This document shows, piece by piece, positions 20,418-31,539 of a stretch of 64,000 bases of DNA. This DNA comes from an uncultured delta proteobacterium (GTDB lineage: Bacteria; Myxococcota; Myxococcia; Myxococcales; Myxococcaceae), in NCBI GenBank assembly GCA_963771175.1, contig CAVYSY010000039.1:128001-192000 (forward strand), in the 5' to 3' direction. Each line of letters opens with the position of its first letter. The first letter of the stretch is position 1. The position numbers and the translations under genes are program-made. The notes under the pieces were generated by a model, which was not told the DNA's origin, searched no databases, and saw only the letters and a list, made by a program, of their open reading frames with translations.

Positions 20418-20441
20418 CCCCCACTCCCGAAGGAGTGGGGG
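20418..20441 (-). other. Intergenic 10-bp hairpin with cUUCGg tetraloop
   Basis: Minus strand CCCCCACTCC-TTCG-GGAGTGGGGG; no U-tract. Confidence 0.7.
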
Positions 20442-20459
20442 CCTGCTTCGAGTCAGACC

Positions 20460-22079
20460 TCAGTTGCGGCGACGGCGCAGGCTCCACGCGCCGAACACCA
20501 GGGCCAGCATCGCCGCCGAGCTCGCGTCCGTGGCACCACAGCCGCAGCTCCCCACCACGCCGCCACCCAGGTCCTCGATGACGCCCATGATGAGCGGGCT
20601 GTTGTCCTGGATGACGGCCGGCGCGCCCACGTCGCTGTACTGCTCCACGCGCTCCGCGTTGGGTCCCTGGTTGATGGGCTGGTTGAACTTCGTGAAGAAG
20701 AAGCGCCCGTCCGGCAGCTCGATACGCACCTCGCGCTTCGAGAAGTCATCCTGGCAGGACTCGTAGCGGGCCTTGGCGGTGAAGACGTTGGAGACGTCCG
20801 CCGCGTCCGCGTTGAACTCGAAGTCCGGATCCACCGTCATCTCCTCGGCGGACATGGTGGTGTAGAGGCGCGTGAGGTACGGGTGCGCATTGAGCAGCGC
20901 CACGGCCGCCTTCATCGGCTGCACCACCTGCGCCTCCAGCTCCTTCGCGAAGGCCTGCGCGTCGAAGGGCGCCCGCCCCGGATCCGAGTCGATGGCCGAC
21001 CGGTAGAAGCTCAGGCTGTTGTAGAACTGCATCTCGTTCACGCCCTGTTGCACGAGCGACGCCGGAATGGGGATGTACTTGCGCAGCAGGCTCTGCACCG
21101 TCGGGTCTCCCGTGAAGCCCTGGGAGATCATCGCGTTGCCGAAGTCCACCGGGTGCGAATAGCCCGCGAGCGCCGCGGTGTCGTAGCTCCGGTTGTTCAT
21201 CATCGCGAAGTTCTGCCCGAAGGACACGGCGCTCCCGGCGAACTCGGTGAGGAAGGCGCGACCGCCGGCCTCGTCCACCGCCGCCGTGGCCACCTGCGGG
21301 TAGTTCCGCCCACCCGACAGCCAGTCCACGCGCGTGGGGTTGATGAGCACGTGCCGATAGTTCATCGGAATGGCGCGCTTCTCCGACAGCACGTAGGCGA
21401 TGATCGGCATGTCCGGGCGCGCGGCGATCGCCGTGAGTCGGATGGGGATGCAGGGCCGGTTGCCCTCGAACTTCACCACCACGGGCCGCAGGTCCCCCAC
21501 TCCCTTGTCCTGCTGCAGCTTGAGGGCGATGAAGTAGTAGCCGTTGCCCACGTACGGCTCGAGCGCCTTCGTGGTGGTCTCGGGGATGTCGTAGCCGTTG
21601 GTGGTGAGCCAGGTGCGCAGCGCCACCGCGTCGTCCGCGGTGAGGGTGGCCGCGTCATAGGGCCCCACGTCCTCGCGAGACACCACCACCACCCCGCCGT
21701 CGGCGGGCGGGCTGCCGGTGGTCGGCGCGCCCTCCGCCATGTCCGGAATGCCGCCGCGGAAGATGGGCTGGCACGAGGGCTCCCACTGGAGCTGGAACCG
21801 GGGCTGCGTCACCTGATCCAGGTAGGTGAAGAGCTGTGCCGAGCCGATGCTCAGCGTGGGCTGGGCCTGCACCGGCACCACCCAGGCGAACTTCCTGGCA
21901 TCGCCCTGGTATTGGATCTGGATGTGAGCCTCGACCGCGTTGCCGCTGACGCCGAAGACGATCCGCTCCCCGGCCTGATCGATGGGCACCTGGGCACAGA
22001 AGAAACCACCGCACGCCTCGGCCCGGGGCGCGGACAACAGCCCCACGGCGAGGAGTGCTCCGAGTACCGCGTAACGCAT
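20460..22079 (-). CDS. DUF2330-domain protein with MYXO-CTERM sorting tail
   Basis: Signal peptide AEA-CGGFFC; IDQAGERI, FAWVVPV, YLTRLYT; tail GCGA...ALVFGAWSLRRRRN. Confidence 0.9.
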   Translation of the reverse strand: MRYAVLGALLAVGLLSAPRAEACGGFFCAQVPIDQAGERIVFGVSGNAVEAHIQIQYQGDARKFAWVVPVQAQPTLSIGSAQLFTYLDQVTQPRFQLQWEPSCQPIFRGGIPDMAEGAPTTGSPPADGGVVVVSREDVGPYDAATLTADDAVALRTWLTTNGYDIPETTTKALEPYVGNGYYFIALKLQQDKGVGDLRPVVVKFEGNRPCIPIRLTAIAARPDMPIIAYVLSEKRAIPMNYRHVLINPTRVDWLSGGRNYPQVATAAVDEAGGRAFLTEFAGSAVSFGQNFAMMNNRSYDTAALAGYSHPVDFGNAMISQGFTGDPTVQSLLRKYIPIPASLVQQGVNEMQFYNSLSFYRSAIDSDPGRAPFDAQAFAKELEAQVVQPMKAAVALLNAHPYLTRLYTTMSAEEMTVDPDFEFNADAADVSNVFTAKARYESCQDDFSKREVRIELPDGRFFFTKFNQPINQGPNAERVEQYSDVGAPAVIQDNSPLIMGVIEDLGGGVVGSCGCGATDASSAAMLALVFGAWSLRRRRN

Positions 22080-22113
22080 GTGAACCCCCTTGGAGGAAAG
22101 CGCGGGGGCGCAT

Positions 22114-22129
22114 TGCAAGCGGTCGGCCG
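22114..22129 (-). promoter_or_regulatory. Possible sigma-54 -24/-12 promoter of the DUF2330 operon
   Basis: CGGCCGACCGCTTGCA has the GG-N10-GC spacing, 35 bp upstream of the ATG; -24 box imperfect. Confidence 0.4.
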
Positions 22130-22209
22130 AGCTTCAACCCCGCGACTTCACAGGCCTCGGGGGACGCGGGCCCCTCAAAAATCCACGAGGAGCCCGCGAA
22201 TCCACGGCG

Positions 22210-25200
22210 TCAACTCCCCGTGAGCCGAGGCTCCTCGCCCTCGACGGGGGTGCCCTCTCCACCGGAGCCCGAGCCCCTGCCGCGCCGCCCCAGCCGAGCC
22301 TTCATCCGGTCCGCCACCACGTAGAAGGCGGGCACCACCAGGAGGCTGAGCACGGTGGAGACGGAGAGGCCGCCCAGCACGGCCACGGACATGGGGGCGC
22401 GCGTCTCGCTGCCGGCGCCCAGCGCGAGCACCGCCGGCACCGCCGCCATCATCGTGGCCAGCGACGTCATGAGGATGGGCCGCAGGCGCACCGGACCCGC
22501 CCGCTGCATGGCCTCCACCGCGTCCGCGCCCTGCTCGCGTTGCTGCAGCGCGTAGTCCACCAGGATGATGGAGTTCTTCTTCACGATGCCCATCAGCAGC
22601 AGCAGGCCGATCATGCTGAAGATGTTGAGCGTCGTGTTGGTGCCCCACATCGCGAAGGCCGCCCCCGCCACCGACAGCGGGAGGATGGTGAGCACCGTGA
22701 CGGGGTGGAGGAACGAGTTGAACTGCGAGGCCAGCACCATGTAGGCCACCCCGATGCCCAGGAAGAGGGCGAAGAGGAGGCTCTCCATGGACTCCTGGAA
22801 GGCCACGCTGGAGCCGCCCAACACCACGCGGGTGCCGCCGGGCAGCTCCTTCGCCAGCCTCTGCACCGTCTCCAGCGCATCCTGCTGGGTGGCGCCGGGG
22901 GCCACGTTGGCGAAGATGCTGATGGCGCGCTCACGATCCTTGCGGGTGATGGCCTGGAGCGCCGGACGCTCCTCCTGCGTCACCAGCGAGGACAGCGGCA
23001 CCAGCTCGCCCGAGCCCGTGCGCACCTTCAGCATCGACAGGTCCTCCGGTCGCGAGCGCTGGTCCTTCAAGAGGCGCAGTCGCACGTCGATGCGGCGCCC
23101 GCCGGTGCTGTACTTGCCCACGCGCACCCCGCCCACCAGGGCGTTGAGGGTGGTGCCCACCGTCTCCATGGACACGCCCAGGTCCGCGGCACGCGCCCGG
23201 TCCGGGGTGATGCGCAGCTCCGGCATGCCGAGCTGGTAGTCCGTGTCCACGTCCACCACCTTGCCGCTCGTCTGGAGCTGCTCGCGCATCTCCGTGCTGG
23301 ACTCGATGAGCCGCTCCCAGTCCGAGCCGCGCACGCTGAACTCCACCGGGAAGCCCCGCGAGGCCGAGAAGCCGCTCTGCGACTGGTCCATCACCACCGC
23401 GCGCAGGCCCGGGTACGAGTTGAGCTCCTTGCGGATGACCTGATTGAACTCGGACATCGTCATGCGCTCGTCCGGCGGCACCAGGGTGACGAACAGCATG
23501 CCGCCGTTCACCCCGCTCCCGCCGCCGCCCACCACCGCGAACAGACGCGTCACCTCGGGCCGGTTGCGGAGGAACTCCTCGGCCCGCAGGAAGAGCCGAT
23601 CCGTCTCCTCCACGGTGCTGCCCACCGCCGTCTGCAGCCGCACCATGACGCGGCCCTGGTCCTGCGAGGGGACGAACTCGCTGGACAGGCTCTTGAAGGC
23701 GAAGCCGGACAGCGCCAGCAGCGCCACCGCGCCGCCGAGCACCCACCACGGCCGCTTCAGCCCCCAGGCCAGCACCTTCGCGTAGCGCTGCTCCAGCCAC
23801 GAGAAGGCCCGGTCCACGGCCAGTCCCACCGCGCTGCGGCCCTCTCGGCCCGTCTTGAGGAGCTGCGCGCACCGCGCCGGCGCCAGGGTGATGGCCTCCA
23901 CGTAGGACAGCATCACCGCCACGCACAGCGTCACGCCGAACTGGAGGAAGAACTTGCCGATGATCCCCTTCATGAAGATGACGGGGAGGAAGATGGCCAC
24001 CACCGCCAGCGTGGCCGCCAGGGCCGCGAAGGTGATCTCCTGCGTGCCCTCGCGCGCCGCGCGCACCCGCTCCTTCCCCTCTTCCGCGTGCCGGAAGATG
24101 TTCTCCATCACCATGATGGCGTCATCCACCACGATGCCCACCGCCAGCGACAGGCCCAGCAGCGTGAAGGTGTTGAGGGTGAAGCCCAGGAAGTAGATGA
24201 CCGCCACCGTGCCCAACAGCGACATCGGGATGGCGAGGATCACGTTGAGCGTGCTGGAGAGCGAGCCGAGGAACGCCCAGCACACCAGCGCCGTCAGGAT
24301 GCAGGCCAGCAGCAGCTCGAACTCGATCTCGTGGACGCTCTCCTCGATGAACTGGGTGGAGTCGAAGTTGACGCCCAGATCCATGCCCTCGGGCGCGGTC
24401 TTCTGCAGCTCGGCCAGCTTCTCGCGCACGCCCTGGGCCACGGCCACCGCGTTGGCGCCACGCTGCTTGCGGATGCCGAGGCCCTGGGCAGGCTCCCCAT
24501 TGACGCGGGCCATGCGGCGCAGGTCCTCGAAGCCGTCCTCCACCAGCGCCACGTCGGACAGGTAGACGGGGGCACCGTCCCCCTGCCGGATCACCAGTCG
24601 GCGCAGCGTCTCCAGATCCAACGCCTCGCCCATGACGCGGACGTTGACCTCACGGCCCTCCGTCTCGATGCGGCCCGCGGGCAGCTCCACGTGCTCGCGC
24701 CGCAGCGCATTGGTGAGATCCGTGACGGTGAGCCCGCGCGCGTCCAGCTTCTGGGCGTCCACCCAGATGCGCACGTTGCGATCCAGCGAGCCGCCCAGCG
24801 TCACCTCGCCCACGCCCGGCACCGTCTGCAGCACCTCCTTCACCCGGTAGCGGGTGAAGTCGGAGATGAACTGCCGGGAGAAGGGCCCGGACACGCCCAG
24901 CCACAGGATGGGCTGATCCTCCGGGTTGCTCTTGGAGATGACGGGCGGATCGATGTCCCTCGGCAGCCGCCGCTGGGCCTGGCTCACCTTGGACGTCACG
25001 TCCTGCAGCGCCTGATCCACGTCGCGCGACAGATCCAGCTCCACGGAGATGCTGCCACCGCCCTGGCTCGCGCGGGAGGTGATGGACTTGACGCCCTCCA
25101 CCTGCATCACCGATTCCTCGATCGGCTCGATGATGTCGCTCTCCACCGCCTCCGGCGAGGCCCCCTCCCACGTCACGTTGACGCTGATGACGGGGTAGTC

Positions 25201-25320
25201 CACGTCCGGCATCTGGCTGATGCCGATGCGCTGGGCCGCCACCAGGCCGAAGACGATGGTGCCCGCCATCAGCATCCAGGCGAAGACGGGCTTCTTGATG
25301 CAGGCCTCGGTGATGTTCAT
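22210..25320 (-). CDS. RND efflux permease (AcrB/MdtB family)
   Basis: 1036 aa; GIVVDDAI, VKKNSIILVD, RLRPILMT. Confidence 0.95.
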   Translation of the reverse strand: MNITEACIKKPVFAWMLMAGTIVFGLVAAQRIGISQMPDVDYPVISVNVTWEGASPEAVESDIIEPIEESVMQVEGVKSITSRASQGGGSISVELDLSRDVDQALQDVTSKVSQAQRRLPRDIDPPVISKSNPEDQPILWLGVSGPFSRQFISDFTRYRVKEVLQTVPGVGEVTLGGSLDRNVRIWVDAQKLDARGLTVTDLTNALRREHVELPAGRIETEGREVNVRVMGEALDLETLRRLVIRQGDGAPVYLSDVALVEDGFEDLRRMARVNGEPAQGLGIRKQRGANAVAVAQGVREKLAELQKTAPEGMDLGVNFDSTQFIEESVHEIEFELLLACILTALVCWAFLGSLSSTLNVILAIPMSLLGTVAVIYFLGFTLNTFTLLGLSLAVGIVVDDAIMVMENIFRHAEEGKERVRAAREGTQEITFAALAATLAVVAIFLPVIFMKGIIGKFFLQFGVTLCVAVMLSYVEAITLAPARCAQLLKTGREGRSAVGLAVDRAFSWLEQRYAKVLAWGLKRPWWVLGGAVALLALSGFAFKSLSSEFVPSQDQGRVMVRLQTAVGSTVEETDRLFLRAEEFLRNRPEVTRLFAVVGGGGSGVNGGMLFVTLVPPDERMTMSEFNQVIRKELNSYPGLRAVVMDQSQSGFSASRGFPVEFSVRGSDWERLIESSTEMREQLQTSGKVVDVDTDYQLGMPELRITPDRARAADLGVSMETVGTTLNALVGGVRVGKYSTGGRRIDVRLRLLKDQRSRPEDLSMLKVRTGSGELVPLSSLVTQEERPALQAITRKDRERAISIFANVAPGATQQDALETVQRLAKELPGGTRVVLGGSSVAFQESMESLLFALFLGIGVAYMVLASQFNSFLHPVTVLTILPLSVAGAAFAMWGTNTTLNIFSMIGLLLLMGIVKKNSIILVDYALQQREQGADAVEAMQRAGPVRLRPILMTSLATMMAAVPAVLALGAGSETRAPMSVAVLGGLSVSTVLSLLVVPAFYVVADRMKARLGRRGRGSGSGGEGTPVEGEEPRLTGS

Positions 25321-26531
25321 CGAGCGGCACCCCCGTTGGCGGCGTCCGCCTCGCGGCGAGGCTCACCCGTGAACGCGGGCTTGGGGCCCTCGGCGATACG
25401 CACCGAGGCGCCATCCTTCAGCGCCTCGCCGCCACGCACCACCAACTGCTCTCCGGGCTTCAGCCCCTCGCGCACCTCCACCAGCCCGTCCGCCGTGCGC
25501 AGGCCGAGATCCACCACGCGCTCGCGCGCCTTGCCGTCCTCCACCACGAAGGCCAGGAAGCCGCGCTCGCTGGGGCGCACCGCCGTCTGGGGGATGACCG
25601 GGGCCCCCTGGGCCGTCTCCACCGGCACCGACACCGTGGCGAAGGACCCCGGCCGCAGCGCCTGGGCCTCCTTCCCTCCCACCTCCGCCGTCACCTTCAC
25701 CATGCGGCTCGACGGATCCGCCGCGTCCGCCACGTAGGTGATGCGACCCGTGTACGTGCGCCCATCCGATCGCACCGTGAAGCGCGCCGGCATCCCCGGC
25801 TTCAGCCGCGTCACGTCCGCCTCGGCCACGGTGAAGCGCAGCAGCAGTGGATCCCGCCGCAGCAGCGTCGCCATCACCGTGCCCGGCTGCACGTACTGCC
25901 CCGTCTGCACCGTGCGCGTCTGCAGCACCCCGTCCATGGGCGTCTTCACGTAGGCGTCGCGCAGGTTCAGCTCGGCCTGCTCCAACGCCGCCTTCGCCGC
26001 GCTGGCATCCGCCGCCGCCGTGCGCGCCCGCGCCTGGGCGGTGTCGAGCTGCTCGGCCGGCAACAGGCCCGGGCGCTCCTCGTTGGCCGCCGTGCGCCGC
26101 CCGGAGGCCGCCTCCGCCTCGGCCTTCACCGCCTGCGCCTTCTCCAGCGCCGCCTGCGCCGCGCGCACCGCGATGCTGTAGCGCGTGGGCTCGATCTCCG
26201 CGAGCACCTCGCCCTTCTTCACCGACTGGCCCTCCATGAAGCGCACCTGCTCCACCACGCCCGCCACGCGCGCGGTGATCTGCACCTGCTCGAAGGCCTC
26301 CACCGAGCCCACCGCGGAGACGACGTACTCCACGTCGCGCGCCTCCACGGGCGCCACCTCCACCGGGAACTGCACCGGGCCGCGGCCTCCCCTGCCCCCC
26401 GCCCCACCCTGCGCGCCGGGCGCACCCGCGCCACCCTTGCCCGCGGGAGCGGCCCCACCCGCCTGCTTGCCACACCCCGCCCCCAGGGCGAGCACGGCCC
26501 CCAGCGCCATCGTCACGACACGCGTCTTCAC
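25317..26531 (-). CDS. RND membrane fusion protein
   Basis: Lipoprotein signal; EGQSVKKGEVLAEI lipoyl half-motif; GLKPGEQLVVRG. Confidence 0.92.
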   Translation of the reverse strand: MKTRVVTMALGAVLALGAGCGKQAGGAAPAGKGGAGAPGAQGGAGGRGGRGPVQFPVEVAPVEARDVEYVVSAVGSVEAFEQVQITARVAGVVEQVRFMEGQSVKKGEVLAEIEPTRYSIAVRAAQAALEKAQAVKAEAEAASGRRTAANEERPGLLPAEQLDTAQARARTAAADASAAKAALEQAELNLRDAYVKTPMDGVLQTRTVQTGQYVQPGTVMATLLRRDPLLLRFTVAEADVTRLKPGMPARFTVRSDGRTYTGRITYVADAADPSSRMVKVTAEVGGKEAQALRPGSFATVSVPVETAQGAPVIPQTAVRPSERGFLAFVVEDGKARERVVDLGLRTADGLVEVREGLKPGEQLVVRGGEALKDGASVRIAEGPKPAFTGEPRREADAANGGAAR

Positions 26532-27885
26532 TTACGGCTCCTTCCCCAGCGGATCGAGTCCCACGGCGGCCCGCAGACTCCAGCAGCGCGGTCCCCAATG
26601 CATACCGAGCCCGGGCCAGTGCCACCTCGGCCTCGAACTGCCTCACCTGCGCATCACTCAACGACAACGACGAGGCAATCCCCTGGCGATAGAGGATGCT
26701 GGTCTCCTGCGCGTTCTGGCGCGCGGCCCTGACGGCCACCTCGTTGAGCGCCAGGGCGGACTGGGAGGTGCGCAGCGCCACCCGCGCGCGATCCACCGCC
26801 ACGTCCACCCGCCGCGTGCGCGCCGTCGCCTCGAGCTCCAGGGCACGCGCCAGGGCGAGCCGCTCCCGGCGATCCGCGTAGCGCTCGCCGCCGTCGAAGA
26901 CGTTCCAGACGAGGTCGATGCCGAAGAAGCCGTCGAAGTTGCGGCCGGCGAGGCCCGCCTCGTTGGTGTAGCGGTACTGGCCGCTGGCACTCAGGGCCGG
27001 GAACAGCCGGGCGAGCGGCTCGCGTGCGAGGGCCTCCTGGGCCTCCACCCGCAGCTTCGCGGAGAGGATGTCCGGGCGGCGCTCCTCGGCCTTGTCGGCC
27101 AGCCCCACGAAGGAGTCCACGGGGCGCGAGGCCTCGGAGAGCAGCGTCTCGGGCGCGGCCAGCGGGCCCTCCACGGGCGCCACCAGCAGGTAGCCCAGCT
27201 CCAGGCGGCTCGTCTCGGCCTGGCCCACCGACTCGGCGAGCTGGGACTCCGCGCTGGCCACGTCCAGCTCCGCGCGCGTCACGTCATTGGTGCTGGCCAG
27301 CCCCGCTCGGGCCCGGGCCCGCGCCTCCTCGAGGGATTGGCGGGCGAAGGCGAGCCGACGCTCCGAGGCCTCGGCCACCTGCTGGGAGCCCAGCGTGGCG
27401 AGGAAGGCATTGGCGGCCTGGAAGCCCACCTGCCGGCGAGCCTCCACCGCGTCCAGCGCCGTCGCCTCGCTGTCCCTCTTCGCGGCCTGGTAGAGCGGGA
27501 AGCCGCGCGCGTCGAAGAGCGCGATGCGGGCGATGGCCGTGCCTCCGAGGGCATTCCGCGCCTGCACCACCACCTCCTGATCGCCCACCAACCGCGTCGT
27601 CTCCCTCGGGCGGCGCGTATAGGCGCCGGTGAGGGTGAGCCTCGGAAAGAAGAAGGCACGGGCACGCGCCACGCGGGCCTGGGCGGCCTCGGCGCGGGCC
27701 TGGGCCGACAGCGCGCTCTCGTTCTGCGAGGTCGCGAGCGCCACCGCGCGCTCCAGCGTCAGCGACTCCCCCTCCGCGGCGACGGGCCGTGGGGCGGGGC
27801 TCGGCTCCTGGGCGCTCGCGACAGGCGCACATAGGATGAGCCAGGCACACATGGGGACGACAACGGCGACTCGGATCAAGGGCAT
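26532..27885 (-). CDS. TolC-family outer membrane protein (frameshift near 26580)
   Basis: LTLERAVALA, RRPDI, VFDGG; true end LRAAVGLDPLGKEP* lies in another frame. Confidence 0.9.
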
Positions 27886-28064
27886 GTTCGTGCGAGAGGG
27901 GGTGCGATCCGGGGGAAAGGCCAGCGGGCAGCTATAGCGGAGAGGGGGAGCGCCCGGCCACGGGAACCTTGGGGCTGTCTGGACGCTCATCGCACATCGG
28001 GCTAATGGTGGGACGGACGAAGACTTTTCACGTCGGGCGCGGCGCGCCCGGGAATCCTCGAATC

Positions 28065-29994
28065 ATGCGTTTATTCCTGGTGGCGGTAGGAATGTTGGCG
28101 CTGTCCGGCTGCAGTCGCGGAGACGCGACCGACGAAGGAGCCGTGCGCGTGGAGGTCTTCTACGCGACGTTCCGCCCCGGGTGCCTGACGGTGACGGCAC
28201 TGGACGAGGCGGATGCGAGTCGCACCGAGACGCAGCAGCTCCCGGTGGACGAGCGGCGCAGCGACGACCGGACGGTGGCGGTGTTCCGCAAGGCGGACTG
28301 GAGCCGCAACCTCCGGGTGACGGCGAGCGCGCGAGAGGGCTCGTGCTCGGGGCCGGAGGTGGCCTCGAGCTCGCAGGTGGTCGAGATCCCCGAGAAGGGC
28401 GCCACGCTGGCGTACCTGGACTTGCGCGCGCAGGACCTGGACGGGGACGGCTTCGTCTCGGCGAGTGCGTCCGGCGGAAAGGGCACGGACTGCGACGACG
28501 ACGATGCCCGCGCCTACCCCGGCGCCACGGAGACGTGCAACGGCAAGGACAGCAACTGCTCCGGAAGCGAGGACGATGCCGTCGACAAGCGCGGCTACTA
28601 CGTGGACGCGGACGGGGACGGGTACGGCAACGCGCTGCAGGTGGTGCGCGCCTGCACGCAGCCCTCGGGCGCGGTGTCGGAGGCCGGGGACTGCCACGAT
28701 GGGAACAAGACCGTCCACCCGGCTCTGGCCGAGCTGCTCTGCGACGGGCAGGACGAGGACTGCGACGGCACGGCGGACGATGACTTCCGCCCGGGCTCGA
28801 CCTGCGAGACGGAGCTCGGCTGCGCGGGCACGCGCGCCTGCGCGGAGGATGGGTCATCGGCCGTGTGCGTCAGCACGCAGTCGCCCATGGAGTGGTTCGT
28901 GGACCAGGACGGGGACGGGCGCTACGGCACGAGCGTGGGCCTCTCCTGCAAGACGCAGCCGGATGCGAAGACCCTGAAGGACGACTGCGACGAGAGCTCG
29001 CGCTTCCTCGGCGGCGCCGAGGTGTGCGACCGGCTGGACAACAACTGCGATGGCAGCGTGGACGAGGGCGGCGTCTGCCCCGGCAGCCCGTGGAACGCGC
29101 GGAGCGTGCTCGGCGGGGACGCGACGTGGGAGGCGGTGACGACCTACGGCCTGGGCAAGGCATGGCTCGCGGGCACCGGCGGCAGGCTCGCGCACGTGAA
29201 CGGCGCGACGGTGACGAATGTCGCCGGCTGCTCGGCGAACTGGAAGGCGGCGTGGGCGCGGCCGAGCGATGGGCGCGTCTTCCTCGGCTCCGGCGGACGG
29301 GTTGCTCGCCAGCACCACGAGCTCGGGCTCGGCATGTGCCACGGCCCCCGTGAGCGGGGTGACGAGCGGCATCAACGGCATGGTGGGCTTCGAGCGCTCC
29401 GGCGTCACCACCGTGTACGCGGTGACCAGTGGGGGCCAGGTGCTGCGCTGGGAGTGGCAGGGTGCATCGTCCTCCGCGCCGGTAGTGGCGGCCACGGTGC
29501 CGGCGAACCTGCGGAGCATCCACGGCCTGGGCGAGGGCACGCTGCTCGCCGTGGGCGCCGAAAGCTACGAACTCGAAGACAACACGGCCCTGCCCCGCGC
29601 CTTCCGCCTCGACATGGCGGCCTCGGGGAGTTGGAAGGCCGAGGACCTGCCGGCGGACGTCGGCACGGGCTTCCTGCGCGGCGTGTCGATGGTGGATGGC
29701 CGGCGGGCCTACGCGGTGGGCGATCGGGGCCTCGTGCTCGTGCGCGACAACGGGACGTGGAGCAGGCTGGCTTCGCCCGACGGCACGACGGACCTGGTGG
29801 ATGTGGTCGCCTTCGACCCCACCGTCGTCCTCGTCCTCTCCAAGAAGGCCAACACGTACCTCCACCGCTTCAATGGCACCGCCTGGTCCGAGCCCTTCCC
29901 CCAGGGCCAGACGCTCCTCTCGCTCGACGGCCGCGACCCACGGGAGCAGTGGGCCGCGGGACAGAGCGGGACCCTGGTGCACTGGGGCCCCTGA
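28065..29994 (+). CDS. Lipoprotein with Cys/Asp-rich putative metal-binding repeats and C-terminal beta-propeller (frameshift near 29295)
   Basis: LSGC; DCDDDD..YPGATETCNGKDSNC, EVCDRLDNNCDGSVDE; YAVGDRGLVL-type blades. Confidence 0.8.
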
Positions 29995-30007
29995 GCCCCA
30001 GGGCGGC

Positions 30008-30706
30008 ATGGAGCTACGCGCGGACAGGCTGACGGTGCGACAGGGCGTGCGACCCGTGCTTCGGGACGTGGTCTGCACCCTTCCGCCCGGGAGCCGCGTG
30101 CTCGTGCTCGGGCGCGCGGGCGCGGGCAAGACGACGTTGTTCAAGGCGCTCGCGGGACTGGCGGCGCCGGCCAGCGGGCACGTCCTCTGGAATGGCGAGG
30201 ACGTGGCCGGAATGTCCCCCGCGCTGAAGCGCGCGCGTCAGGCGGCGTTCGGCATGGTGTTCCAGACGGACGCCCTCTTCGACTCGATGACGGTGCGCCG
30301 CAACGTGCTGCTGCCGCTGGAGCGTCGGCGCGTGCCCCGCGAGGAAGCGGAGGCGCGCGCGGACGAGGTGCTGCGGGCGGTGGGCCTCGCGGAGGCCGCG
30401 GACGCCCTGCCGGAGCGGCTGTCCGGGGGCATGCGCAAGCGAGCCGGCATCGCGCGCGCACTGGCGGCGAGGCCCTCGGTGCTGCTGGCGGATGATCCCT
30501 TCGCGGGATTGGATCCGGGCACGACGCGGCAGGTGGCGCGGGTGCTGCTGGAGGTGGCCGGGAGCGGCTCGCTGATCGTCGCCGCGCCCGAAGCTCCGCC
30601 GGAGCTCCCCCTGTCCCGCTGGCTGTACCTGAGCGACGGGCAGCTCCTGTACGACGGCCCGCCGGCTCCCGAGGTGGAGGCGTTGGCGGACGAGGCGCTG
30701 GCATGA
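30008..30706 (+). CDS. MlaF-like ABC ATPase (degenerate Walker B and H-switch)
   Basis: GRAGAGKT, LSGGMRKR, LLADDPFAGLDP. Confidence 0.88.
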   Translation: MELRADRLTVRQGVRPVLRDVVCTLPPGSRVLVLGRAGAGKTTLFKALAGLAAPASGHVLWNGEDVAGMSPALKRARQAAFGMVFQTDALFDSMTVRRNVLLPLERRRVPREEAEARADEVLRAVGLAEAADALPERLSGGMRKRAGIARALAARPSVLLADDPFAGLDPGTTRQVARVLLEVAGSGSLIVAAPEAPPELPLSRWLYLSDGQLLYDGPPAPEVEALADEALA

Positions 30707-31479
30707 GCCCGCTGAGCTGGCTCGGGCGGGAGGCGCTGGAAGCGGTGCGGGCCGCGGGGACACTGGCACTGGTGCTCGCGCGCACGGTGCTGGGACTGGC
30801 GCGGATGGATCGCCGCGAGCTGCTGCGAGGGCTGGCACAGTTCGGCTGGGGCTCGCTGCCGCTGACGCTGGCGACGGCGGCGCTGACGGGGGCGACGGTG
30901 GTGGTGCAGACGTCGCTATACGTGCAGCGCTTCGGAGCGAGAGCGGTGCTCGGGTGGGCGGCGGGGTACGCGGTGCTGTGGGAGTTCGGCCCGCTGCTGC
31001 TGGGGCTGGTGATGGCGGCGAGGCTGGGAGCGCGCAACGCGGCGGAGCTGGCGACGATGCAGGTGGGCGGGCAGCTCGAGGGCCTGCGCGGCATCGGGTT
31101 GGATCCGTTCGCGGTGCTGGTGGCCCCGCGCGTGGTGGCGATGACGGCGAGCGTGACGGGCCTGTCCGCCCTCTCCTTCCTGGTGGCCGTGCTCTTCGAG
31201 TCCGTGGCGGCCTACTTCACGCTGGCACTGCCGGTGCGCGTCTTCTTCGACGGCTTCGAGCACATGCTGCACCTCCGGGACATGCTGGCCGGAGTGTTGA
31301 AGTCGGGCGCCTTCGGGCTGGCCATCGCGCTGGTGTCCACGTCCGTGGGACTGCGGGCGCGAGGAGGCGCGCGGGCGGTGGGCCAGGCGGCGGCGGGCGC
31401 GGTGGTGCTGGGGTGTGCCGCCATCTTCCTGCTGGACTTCCTCCTCACCACCGTGCTGACGAAGCTGCTGCTGACGTAG
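30703..31479 (+). CDS. MlaE-family ABC permease
   Basis: EFGPLL, AAELATMQVGGQLEGL, LVAPRV, GGARAVG. Confidence 0.9.
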   Translation: MSPLSWLGREALEAVRAAGTLALVLARTVLGLARMDRRELLRGLAQFGWGSLPLTLATAALTGATVVVQTSLYVQRFGARAVLGWAAGYAVLWEFGPLLLGLVMAARLGARNAAELATMQVGGQLEGLRGIGLDPFAVLVAPRVVAMTASVTGLSALSFLVAVLFESVAAYFTLALPVRVFFDGFEHMLHLRDMLAGVLKSGAFGLAIALVSTSVGLRARGGARAVGQAAAGAVVLGCAAIFLLDFLLTTVLTKLLLT

Positions 31480-31539
31480 AGCGCGGAATTCTGGAGAACA
31501 AGCGAGCGGAAGTCCTGGAACTCTCATAAAATCCCGGAC

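Noticed and set aside
22090..25737. 1215-aa plus-strand ORF and similar long antisense ORFs (20376-22223, 31612-34305, 57072-59102, 58887-61154)
   Set aside because: Shadow frames of real genes in high-GC DNA; no recognisable motifs
25363..27990. Apparent 875-aa extended TolC
   Set aside because: Read-through caused by a frameshift near 26580; the natural end is at 26532
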